A stretch of DNA of 64,000 nucleotides from an uncultured delta proteobacterium (GTDB lineage Bacteria; Myxococcota_A; Polyangia; Fen-1088), in NCBI GenBank assembly GCA_963767925.1, contig CAVYGB010000001.1:384001-448000 (forward strand), read 5' to 3'. The translations under genes were made by a program, and so were the position numbers. The notes under the pieces were generated by a model that did no database searches, had not been told where the DNA came from, and was given only the letters and a program-made list of their open reading frames with translations. Positions 19,209-27,435 of this stretch are shown piece after piece. The first letter of the stretch is position 1. The number at the start of each line of letters is the position of its first letter.

Positions 19209-19844
19209 ATGACGGCGGCGGGGAAGATCCGGGTGCTCGTGGTCGACGATCACGCGGTCGTGCGGGTGGGGGTGCGGACGCTGGTCAACGCGGAGGTGGA
19301 TATGGAGGTGGTGGCGGAGGCGGGGGACGCGCCGGGCGCGCTGGCCGCCTACCAGGAGCACCGGCCCGACGTCGTGCTGCTGGACCTACGGATGCCCGAC
19401 GTCAGCGGGGCGTCGCTGATCCAGCGCCTGCGCGCGCTGGATCCCGGGGCGCGCATCATCGTGCTGACCAGCTACGACGCGGGGGAGGACGTGTATCAGG
19501 CGGTGCGGGCCGGGGCGCAGGCCTATCTGCTGAAGGGGACCTTCCCCGACGGCATCCTCGAGGCGGCGATCCGCCGGGTGCACGCGGGCGAGCAGGTGAT
19601 CCCGGCGGAGGTGGCGGCCCGCCTGGCCGAGCGGGTGGCCGAGGCGCCGCTGACGCCGCGGGAGATCGCCGTGCTCGAGCTGGTGGCCAAGGGGCTGAGC
19701 AACCGGGAGATCGGGGCGGTGCTGCGCACGAGCGCGGGGACGGTGAAGACCCACCTCAAGCGGATCTTCGTGAAGATGGGGGTCACCGACCGCACCGAGG
19801 CCGCCCTGCAGGCGGTCCAGCGGGGTTTGGTCGGGTTGCGGTAG
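19209..19844 (+). CDS. NarL/LuxR-family response regulator
   Basis: VVDDH...LLDLRMP receiver domain; LTPREIAVLELVAKGLSNREIG LuxR HTH. Confidence 0.95.
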   Translation: MTAAGKIRVLVVDDHAVVRVGVRTLVNAEVDMEVVAEAGDAPGALAAYQEHRPDVVLLDLRMPDVSGASLIQRLRALDPGARIIVLTSYDAGEDVYQAVRAGAQAYLLKGTFPDGILEAAIRRVHAGEQVIPAEVAARLAERVAEAPLTPREIAVLELVAKGLSNREIGAVLRTSAGTVKTHLKRIFVKMGVTDRTEAALQAVQRGLVGLR

Positions 19845-19878
19845 GGCGCTGCGCGGTTCGACCCGCGAACGCCGGAGG

Positions 19879-20048
19879 CCCCTCAACCCTCCCTCTCCCC
19901 GCTGCCGCGGGGCGAGGGCGAACGATTGGCTAGATGCCGCGATCAACATCCCGGGCGGGGATCCCCGGCGGCTTCGTCCGAGCCTTTTCGCCATCGGGTT
20001 GTGCGTTCGCCCTCGCCCCGCGCAGCGGGGAGAGGGAGGGGTGAGGGG
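19879..20048. repeat. REP doublet (REPIN-like): ~45-bp inverted repeat between convergent genes
   Basis: CCCCTCAACCCTCCCTCTCCCCGCTGCCGCGGGGCGAGGGCGAACG (19879-19924) and its near-exact reverse complement at 20004-20048. Each arm is itself a hairpin. Confidence 0.85.
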
Positions 20049-20171
20049 TCCGGCCAGGCCGCACGCTGCTACGGGCTCGCGGCGGCTGGTGGTGCCGACG
20101 CGGGCGCTGCCGGGCGGTGGGGGTGGGGGCGAACACCCCGCGGACCACCACTTCCTGCGCCTGGGCTCGCG

Positions 20172-21395
20172 TCAGCAACACGGCGGTCGCTTCGCGACGA
20201 GCACCAGGATCCCCGCCTCCACGACGAGCTGATCCGGCGCGGCCACCTCGCCGGCCGCCAGGACGCCGGGCGCGGCCGGCGGCACCTCCGCGGCGAAGGC
20301 CGTCGTTCCCAGCCAGCGACCCGCGAAGCGCGCGCGGCTCATCCGTTCGCCGAGGGGGCCTTGCTCGGCGGGCGGCCGGGGCACCAGCGCTCGGGCCCGC
20401 CGCACGTCACATGCGACCTCCATGCCGGACGCCGCGAAGATCTCGCTCAGGCGCTCGGAGAGGGCCTGGGCGGACGAGATCTGGCGCAGCTCGAGCGGCA
20501 GCTTGGCGCCGCCTTGCGCCTGACTCAACATCAGCCAGGCGTTGAGCAGGAGCCGCTTGTAGGCAAACGCCTCGGGTTCGTCCTCGCCCAGCAGGGCCAG
20601 CGCCCGCGCCGCTTCGGCGCTGGCCGGCGACAGCTCGTCCTCGCCCGGCCGGACGGGCCTTTCGAAGATGTCCACGTAGCGCGCCAGGCGCTCGAGGGCG
20701 GCCCGGTCGATCAGATCGGTCGGGCTCGGGCGCAGCAGCGCGATGAGGCTCCGGAGCTGGGCCGACGGCACGGACACCAGATCCTGCAAGAAGTCGAGGG
20801 GCGGCAACGCCGCCTGGAGCGCCGCGGGCAGCTCCGTCCGCACCAGCGGATCCGAGAAGCAGTCGGGCAGCAGCGCGCGCCCGTCTCGCATCTCGCGCTC
20901 ACACAACCAGCGCATGCTGGGCGCCATGTCCCAGAGCTGGACCACGCAGCCGCCGGGCTTTAGCACGCGGTGGAGCTCCCGGGCCACCGCCTCCAGATCG
21001 ACGACGTCGAGCACGCACAGCCCCAGCACCCCCGCGACCGTCCCGTCCGCGAAGGGCAGGGCCTCGGCGGCCGCGACCTGCACCGCCGCCTGCGGCACGG
21101 CCTGCTGAAACCTCTCGACGAACGCCGGCTCGGGCTCGGTGTGCACCATCGCTGGCAACAGGCGCTCGGGCAACCAGCGCCGGAGCTGCCCGCCGCCGCT
21201 CCCGATCTCGACCACGGGCGCGTCGCGACCGTCCAGCCCGGCGCCCTCGAGCGCGGCCTCGACCACCCGCCGGGCGGCCGGCTCGAACAAGGTCCGCTCA
21301 CGCTGCAGGCGCTCGAGCGCCCGCAGCCCTTCCTCGTGGGCGCGACGTTCGCGCTGGCGCCTGGCCTGGCGCCGGTCCGCACGCCCCTGCTTCAC
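20172..21395 (-). CDS. Class I SAM-dependent methyltransferase
   Basis: VVEIGSGGG motif I, AEALPFADG, ELHRVLKPGG; GGGCAG precedes the GTG at 21395. Confidence 0.8.
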   Translation of the reverse strand: MKQGRADRRQARRQRERRAHEEGLRALERLQRERTLFEPAARRVVEAALEGAGLDGRDAPVVEIGSGGGQLRRWLPERLLPAMVHTEPEPAFVERFQQAVPQAAVQVAAAEALPFADGTVAGVLGLCVLDVVDLEAVARELHRVLKPGGCVVQLWDMAPSMRWLCEREMRDGRALLPDCFSDPLVRTELPAALQAALPPLDFLQDLVSVPSAQLRSLIALLRPSPTDLIDRAALERLARYVDIFERPVRPGEDELSPASAEAARALALLGEDEPEAFAYKRLLLNAWLMLSQAQGGAKLPLELRQISSAQALSERLSEIFAASGMEVACDVRRARALVPRPPAEQGPLGERMSRARFAGRWLGTTAFAAEVPPAAPGVLAAGEVAAPDQLVVEAGILVLVAKRPPCC

Positions 21396-21505
21396 GCTGC
21401 CCTCACGGGGAGAGTGACTACCACGCGTGCCACCCGCGAGGAAGCCACGGGCGTCGGCCCTCCGAGTTGCGCGGCTCAGCCGGCCTCCCCGCGCGGGGAG
21501 ACCCG

Positions 21506-21934
21506 CTACTCGACGACGAGCTGGATGGGCTGGCCTTCGGGCACGTGTTTCATCGAGACCGAGTTCATGCAGTAGCGCAGGCCGGTCGGCGGCGGGCCGT
21601 CGGGGAAGACGTGGCCGAGGTGGCCGTCGCAGCGGGCGCAGCGGACCTCGGTGCGCCGCATGCCGTAGGCCCGGTCCTCGATGTCGACGACCGAGTGTTC
21701 GGTGGCCGGCTTGGTGAAAGACGGCCAGCCGGTGCCCGACTCGAACTTCTGGCCTGCCAGAAACAGCGGGTTGCCACAGCCGGCGCACACATAGGTGCCG
21801 GGATCCTTGGTCCCGAGGAAGCAACCGGACCCCGGCCGCTCGGTGCCATGCTCCCGGAGCACGCCGTACTCCTCGGGGCTGAGCCGCTTGCGCCACTCCT
21901 CGTCGCTCAGGATCAGCTTGTCGACCGTGCTCAT
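21506..21934 (-). CDS. msrB: Peptide-methionine (R)-S-oxide reductase
   Basis: GTERP, KFESGTGWPSF, HLGHVFPDGP, RYCMNS and two CxxC motifs. Confidence 0.97.
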   Translation of the reverse strand: MSTVDKLILSDEEWRKRLSPEEYGVLREHGTERPGSGCFLGTKDPGTYVCAGCGNPLFLAGQKFESGTGWPSFTKPATEHSVVDIEDRAYGMRRTEVRCARCDGHLGHVFPDGPPPTGLRYCMNSVSMKHVPEGQPIQLVVE

Positions 21935-22013
21935 GCCGCGAACGATAGCGCGAAAGTGCCGGGCGCGCGTTGCGGTCTCCGCACGACGCCGACCGCTTCA
22001 GCTCGCCGGGACG

Positions 22014-22238
22014 TCAGCCCGTGTAGCGGAGGGGATCGGTCTCGAACTCGGCCTTGCAGGCGAGCGAGCAGAAGCAGTAGGGCACGCCTCGGTGCTCCAC
22101 CTTCGCGGCCGCCCCGGTCGGATCCACGGCCACCCCGCAGACGGGATCTCGCGCCATCACCCGGGGTCGCTCTTCGAGCATCGGGTCCGGTGGCATCGGG
22201 TCCAGGGGCGGAAGCCCACTCTCCTCTGACTCACCCAT
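22014..22238 (-). CDS. YHS-domain small protein
   Basis: DPVCGVAV...YCFCSLACKAEFETDPLRY. Confidence 0.85.
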   Translation of the reverse strand: MGESEESGLPPLDPMPPDPMLEERPRVMARDPVCGVAVDPTGAAAKVEHRGVPYCFCSLACKAEFETDPLRYTG

Positions 22239-22424
22239 GATGCGTATCTTGCTTCAAGCTTCGTGCCGCCCCGGCGCATCACGCCTCGGGGCGGAAATCC
22301 GCGAGATCACCGGGCGGGCGTTTCAGCGGGGTAGCGTTCGGCGCGCAGGGGGCAACCCGACACGGACATCCCCCCTCAGGGCGATCGCTGGGCCAGGTGC
22401 GTCGTCGACCAGCGGGGCGCACGC

Positions 22425-23336
22425 TCAGGGGACAGTGGCGGGTGGCGTTGCCGGGGCTGATTCCTGGTAGATGGCGCCCATCTTCACCGCGGCGCGCGCG
22501 GCGGGACCGGCCGGGAGGTGGGGCGGGTGGTTGGCGTAGTCGTCGCAGGAGTCCACCGCGACCTTCGGAGCGACGGTCACCAGATCCGGGAGCTCGGCGG
22601 CCGTCCGCGCGAAGGCCTGGTCGGCCGGGGTCAGGTCGTACGCCCGGAAGGTGTCGCCAAGGGGACAGGGCTTGTCGCCGGGCGATCGGACGAAGGTGGC
22701 GAGCTCGACGTTGGCGAGGTTCGAGTACCTGGCCTTGAAGTTCTTCACGGCGGCGGCGATCTGGGCGCTCCATTCGTCGACGGAGGCCTTCTCCCAGTGG
22801 AGCGAGAGGACCGTGAGGATCACCCGGTCCGGGTTGTCCGCGTTCTTCGTGCACGGCGATGACGGCTTGCTGTCCCAGATCTTGTGGTTGGCGTCGGCCC
22901 AGTAGTTGATGAAGGCGCTGTGCACGGCCATGAGCTGCCAGCGGTCGTTGTCGACGATCTTCTCGAACCCGGCCTTGAACCAGTCGCCGGTGGCGGAGAT
23001 GCCGACGACGAGGGAGCAGGTGAACGGTCCCCGGGGGCTGGTGGGGACCGGCGCGCTCGGGCCGCGCTCGGGCGGCGGCGCCGCCGGTGGGGGCACCTCG
23101 GGCGGGGCAACAGCGGTCGGGGGCGCCTCGGTCGGGGGCGTCACGGGCGGCGGGGGCGCGACAACCGGCGGCGGCGTCGGCGCCAGGGCTGGCTCCCGAC
23201 CGGGCTGCACGGGGGCCGGGTTCACCGGCGCGTTGCCACCGCCAGGGGGCGTTGGCTCGGAGGGCGGGAGCTCGCTCGCGCCGCATGCAAGAGCCGTCAG
23301 ACCGAGGCCAAGGGTACAGAGAAGGCGATGGTTCAT
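22425..23336 (-). CDS. Pro-rich lipoprotein, hypothetical
   Basis: Lipobox ALAC, long P-rich linker, globular C-terminal domain with Cys pairs. Confidence 0.8.
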   Translation of the reverse strand: MNHRLLCTLGLGLTALACGASELPPSEPTPPGGGNAPVNPAPVQPGREPALAPTPPPVVAPPPPVTPPTEAPPTAVAPPEVPPPAAPPPERGPSAPVPTSPRGPFTCSLVVGISATGDWFKAGFEKIVDNDRWQLMAVHSAFINYWADANHKIWDSKPSSPCTKNADNPDRVILTVLSLHWEKASVDEWSAQIAAAVKNFKARYSNLANVELATFVRSPGDKPCPLGDTFRAYDLTPADQAFARTAAELPDLVTVAPKVAVDSCDDYANHPPHLPAGPAARAAVKMGAIYQESAPATPPATVP

Positions 23337-23572
23337 GGTTTCACGCGCTGTGCTTCGTTGACGGTCTGCTGGCACTATATAGGTGACCCTTTCTCCGGAA
23401 CGTCACGAGGATCGTGGGGAATCAGCCTCTGGGCGAGGGCAGGGCGGGTTTGCCCGTCCGGCAGGGTTCCCGGTCCCGGTGGATGACGGTGTAGGCTGGC
23501 AGAGATCCAGGCTCGTCCAGCGAGACGGACCAGCCGAGGGAAGCGGACGGGAATTCGAGGCATGAAGGACCA

Positions 23573-24064
23573 ATGAATCCATCGAAACGTATCGACGAGC
23601 TGATCGCGGGACTCACGGACTGGCGGGGCAAGACCTTCGCCGGCCTCCGCAAGGTCATCCTCCAGGCCGACCGGGAGATAGTCGAGGAGTGGAAGTGGAT
23701 GGGGAGCCCCGTGTGGTCTCGCGACGGAATCATCGCCGTCGCCAACGCCCACAAGGGCAAGGTGAAGCTCACCTTCATGTACGGGGCGCGCCTCGCCGAT
23801 CCAGACGAGCTGTTCAACGCGGGCCTCGAAGGCAACGAGCGACGTGCGATCGACTTTCTCGAGGGCGACAAGATCGACAAGCTGGCTCTGCAGAACCTCA
23901 TCCGGGCCGCCATCGAGTACAACCAGAGCAAAGCGACGAAGAAGCCATCCGCGGGCGCTCGCGCGAGAGCGAAGGGGGCAGCGGCAGCCCCGAAGAGAGA
24001 GAAGGCCGCGAAAGCTGCAAAGGCGCCGCAAGCCAAGAAGGCCAAGGGCGCCAAGGAGCAATGA
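23573..24064 (+). CDS. DUF1801 (YdhG-like) protein with Lys/Ala-rich tail
   Basis: DWRGKT...EEWKWMGSPVWS...LFNAGLEGNERRAIDF. Confidence 0.88.
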   Translation: MNPSKRIDELIAGLTDWRGKTFAGLRKVILQADREIVEEWKWMGSPVWSRDGIIAVANAHKGKVKLTFMYGARLADPDELFNAGLEGNERRAIDFLEGDKIDKLALQNLIRAAIEYNQSKATKKPSAGARARAKGAAAAPKREKAAKAAKAPQAKKAKGAKEQ

Positions 24065-24265
24065 TCCACCGGGTGCGGGCGGCCGGTTTAGGTCACTGCG
24101 CCTGACATGACCCTGTGCCGGATAGGGTACCGCGGGTGGCCCGGCTGGCGGATCGCCCTCGTCGGTCCCTTTCGCAAAGTGGGCTCGACCTCGCATCCCT
24201 GGGCGGCGGCGATGGGCGGCGGAACCTCCCCGGTCCCACAGTCCGGACAGACGGGGAGGTGGGTG

Positions 24266-24883
24266 ATGTCGAGATGCGGGCAGTCTATCGTCCTGGCCCT
24301 GGCGGCGTTGTGGATCGGCGGGTGTGCCAGGACCACGTTCAAGTCGAGCTGGATGAACCCGACGGCCCAGTCCCAGGACCTCCAGGGCAAGCGGGTAGCG
24401 GCCTTTGTCGTCATGGATGACGAGGGCCGCCGTCGCACCGCCGAGGACGCCCTGGCGCTGGAGCTCGTCAAGCGAGGCGTGCGGGCCTTTCCGGGCTACC
24501 GGCTCACGACCCGCGAACCGGCGACAGACCTCGACGCCTTTCACGCGACGCTGCGGGAACAGAACATCGAAGGCGCCGTCGTCATGACGATCATCGGCAT
24601 CGGGCGGGAGACCCGGTACGTCCCCGGCTACCTGGTCGGCGGCCCGGGCTTCGTCGCACCCTCCGGATCCCCGGCGTACGTCAGCTGGTCTTCGGCCTAT
24701 GGCTCCGCCTATCCGATCACGACGACGAGGGTCTCGGTCGAGACAGCCGTCTACTCGGTGGCCGACGGCAAGCTGGTCTGGCGGAGCATCAGCCAGACCC
24801 TCGACCCCGTCCGGGTCAGCTCGGTCCTGAAGAATCTCACCGACAACGCCGCCAACGAGATGCAAAAGGCCCATCTCATGTGA
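24266..24883 (+). CDS. Putative lipoprotein (DUF4136-like)
   Basis: Lipobox IGGC and VETAVYSVADGKLVW; GGAGG upstream of ATG 24266. Confidence 0.7.
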   Translation: MSRCGQSIVLALAALWIGGCARTTFKSSWMNPTAQSQDLQGKRVAAFVVMDDEGRRRTAEDALALELVKRGVRAFPGYRLTTREPATDLDAFHATLREQNIEGAVVMTIIGIGRETRYVPGYLVGGPGFVAPSGSPAYVSWSSAYGSAYPITTTRVSVETAVYSVADGKLVWRSISQTLDPVRVSSVLKNLTDNAANEMQKAHLM

Positions 24884-25015
24884 ACCACCCACGACCCATG
24901 CGCGCGGGAGCGTGTCGGATCCGCGCGTTCGGCCTGGGCGAAAATTGCGGGGGCCCGGCTCGAGGTGGCCAGCCCTGGGCCGGTATTTGGCATCCCGGAT
25001 GCAAAACCACACGGC

Positions 25016-25534
25016 ATGAGATCCATGCTTCTGGCGACGCTGGTTCCGATGTGTTCGCTCTTGCTCCCGATCGGGTGCGCGAGGAAGCTGCCCGCCGTGG
25101 CGACGACTCCACCGACAGCGGTGGCTCCCAAGCCGCCGCCTCCGCCGGCTACCCGAGCGGCGGTTCCTCTGCCGCAGGTGCCGAAGAAGGAGCTTCCGCC
25201 TACCGAGGTCCGGCGGGTTTCGATTCCCTTCGACTTCGACTCGTACATGTTGCGCCCCGAGGCCGGGCCGCTGCTGCAATCGCTGGCCGCCACCGCCCGG
25301 CGCGGCGATCACGCCGTGAGGATCGAAGGACATTGCGACGAGAGGGGCACGCCTGAATACAACCTGGCCCTGGGCGACGGCCGCGCGCGCTCGGCCCAGA
25401 AGTACCTCGAGCAGCTCGGCGTTCCGAAGGAGAAGACAAGTATGGTCAGCTTCGGAAGCCAGCGGCCCAAGGCGCTTGGCCACTATGAAGCCGCCTGGGC
25501 GCAAAATCGCCGCGGCGAGGTGATGATCCAGTGA
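25016..25534 (+). CDS. pal: OmpA-family peptidoglycan-associated lipoprotein
   Basis: FDFDS, IEGHCDERGTPEYNLALG, NRRGE; lipobox-like PIGC. No tol genes adjacent. Confidence 0.88.
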   Translation: MRSMLLATLVPMCSLLLPIGCARKLPAVATTPPTAVAPKPPPPPATRAAVPLPQVPKKELPPTEVRRVSIPFDFDSYMLRPEAGPLLQSLAATARRGDHAVRIEGHCDERGTPEYNLALGDGRARSAQKYLEQLGVPKEKTSMVSFGSQRPKALGHYEAAWAQNRRGEVMIQ

Positions 25535-25755
25535 GGATCCCTCCCTGGCTGGCAGGAGCCGACAGCCCAGGCGAGGACGATGGCGCAAGCCTCGGGCGTC
25601 CGCGAGGGGGCCCGCTGCAGCTCGGTGGGAGCGTCGCAGCCCGTGGCGTGGCAATTCGCCCCGGATGGCGGTTCGCCACGGGGCGCGGCGCCTCTGACGC
25701 CGGCAACCAGCCGGTGGCGCTTGGCCCGCCGCCCTGCGCTGTGGTCCCGGGGCTG

Positions 25756-25770
25756 TGGCACGTTCCTTGG
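25756..25770 (+). promoter_or_regulatory. Possible sigma54 -24/-12 promoter
   Basis: TGGCACG-N4-TTGG, 26 nt upstream of the kinase GTG at 25797. Confidence 0.4.
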
Positions 25771-25796
25771 AGCTTCGACGCCGGGGAGCACGGATC

Positions 25797-26834
25797 GTGT
25801 CGGGAGAAGAGCACCAGGGGCTGAGGCCCGGCACCTTGCTGGGCGGGGCCTATCGGATTCTCGGGAAGCGCGGCATGGGCGGCATGGGGGAGGTCTACCT
25901 GGCCAGCCACGTTCGCTGGTCCGGCCGGTTTGCGGTGAAGGTTCTGAGTCCACGGCTCGAGGAGGACCCGGTCGCGCTGGCTCGGTTTGCCCACGAGGCG
26001 GAGATGCTGGCGCTGGTCCAGCATGCCAACGTGGTTCGCCTCGTCGAGTTCCAGTCTTCCGGCTCGCGGCCGCCGCTTCTCGCGATGGAGTACCTGGACG
26101 GAAATGATCTGGCCCAGCACATCGCCGACTGCGGTCCGATGTCGCCCCGGCGGGTGGTGGTGCTGGTGGAGCAGATAGCGGCCGCGCTGGAGGTCGCGCA
26201 CGCTCGTCGGATTGTCCACGCGGACATCAAGCCGGGGAACGTGTTCCTCCTGGCCGGCGCGGGCAACGCGGCCAAGGTGCTCGACTTCGGCGTGGCCCAC
26301 TTCTTTGGCCAGGGATCGTCGCTGGCCACACCCGCCTACATGGCGCCGGAACAGGCCGCTGGTCAGGTCGAGGCGGTCGACAGCCGCGCGGACCAGTTCG
26401 CGCTGGCGGCGCTGAGCTACGTGTTGCTCACGGGAGAAGATCCGTTTCCCGGGGATCGTACGGTGGACGTGCTGGACGGCATCCTCCATGGATGTCCTCC
26501 CGCGCTCGCTGGCCGTACGGGGTGGGCCACCGAGGAGGTCCAGGGGGTCCTCGACCGGGCCCTGAGCAAGCGCCCCGTCGACCGCTTCCGGAGCGTGTCC
26601 GACTTTGCCACGGAGCTCTCCCGCGCGGCATTCCAGAGCGCGCATGCGCTGTTGCAACAGCGGGTCGCCCGGCAGCGCTGGGTGCGGGTCTCTGACGCCC
26701 GCAACAGAACGCCCGGCAATCTCCAGCGCGCTCATCGCCGGGCCCTCGACGGCACCATCGTGGCGGCTGGGCGCCTGGGATGCCAGACCACGGTGCTGGC
26801 GCGCCGACCGCGGGTCCGTAGCCTCCTGGCTTGA
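25797..26834 (+). CDS. Hanks-type Ser/Thr protein kinase
   Basis: GMGGMGEVY, AVK, HADIKPGN, DFG, TPAYMAPE, ADQFAL. Confidence 0.92.
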   Translation: MSGEEHQGLRPGTLLGGAYRILGKRGMGGMGEVYLASHVRWSGRFAVKVLSPRLEEDPVALARFAHEAEMLALVQHANVVRLVEFQSSGSRPPLLAMEYLDGNDLAQHIADCGPMSPRRVVVLVEQIAAALEVAHARRIVHADIKPGNVFLLAGAGNAAKVLDFGVAHFFGQGSSLATPAYMAPEQAAGQVEAVDSRADQFALAALSYVLLTGEDPFPGDRTVDVLDGILHGCPPALAGRTGWATEEVQGVLDRALSKRPVDRFRSVSDFATELSRAAFQSAHALLQQRVARQRWVRVSDARNRTPGNLQRAHRRALDGTIVAAGRLGCQTTVLARRPRVRSLLA

Positions 26835-26975
26835 CGGCCGCACCGGGGCGCGCGCGGGGCAACTTGCCTCGACGTGGCCGATCGACACGCCGCCTGTGGT
26901 GGCCGTCGGGCTCGCATCGGCCCACGGGCGGGCGCGATGGTTCGCTCTCCTGACCCGATCAGCCCCTCGATCGCC

Positions 26976-26990
26976 GGGCACGTGGCTTGC
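26976..26990 (+). promoter_or_regulatory. Possible sigma54 promoter for the receiver-secretin pair
   Basis: GGGCACG-N4-TTGC. Confidence 0.4.
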
Positions 26991-27003
26991 GTCTGGTAGC
27001 CAC

Positions 27004-27435
27004 GTGGAGCGCCGACATGCAGTCCGGGGGAGTGGGAGCCCGGCGGCCGCCAGCAAGACCGTCTTGCTCGTGGAACCCGACCAGGAGATCCGGGACCTCC
27101 TTCGGGACTGCTTCGATCTGGTCGGTTACAACCTCATCGGAGTCAGCCATTGCGACCTGGCGCTCCTCTATCTGAACCTGGTGGATGGCGCGCTCCCCGA
27201 CCTCGTCATCCTCGACCTGCAGATCTCCGATCCGACGTGCCGCCGGATGCTCGACCGGATCCGACGAGATCCCGAGGTCGCCGACGTCCCGGTCGTGTTC
27301 CTCCCGGCGTGCCCGCGCGGAAGCGGGAGCGGCACCTCCGATCTCCTCCGGCCGGCGCTTCCGGTCCAGGCGCTGATCGAGCTCGTCCGAAGGTACCTGG
27401 GCGGCGGCGCGACCTTCGCCCCGCCGCCGGCGTGA
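27004..27435 (+). CDS. Atypical single-domain response regulator receiver
   Basis: VLLVEPD...PDLVILDLQ...VPVVFL; the conserved KP appears as RP. Start uncertain. Confidence 0.7.
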   Translation: MERRHAVRGSGSPAAASKTVLLVEPDQEIRDLLRDCFDLVGYNLIGVSHCDLALLYLNLVDGALPDLVILDLQISDPTCRRMLDRIRRDPEVADVPVVFLPACPRGSGSGTSDLLRPALPVQALIELVRRYLGGGATFAPPPA

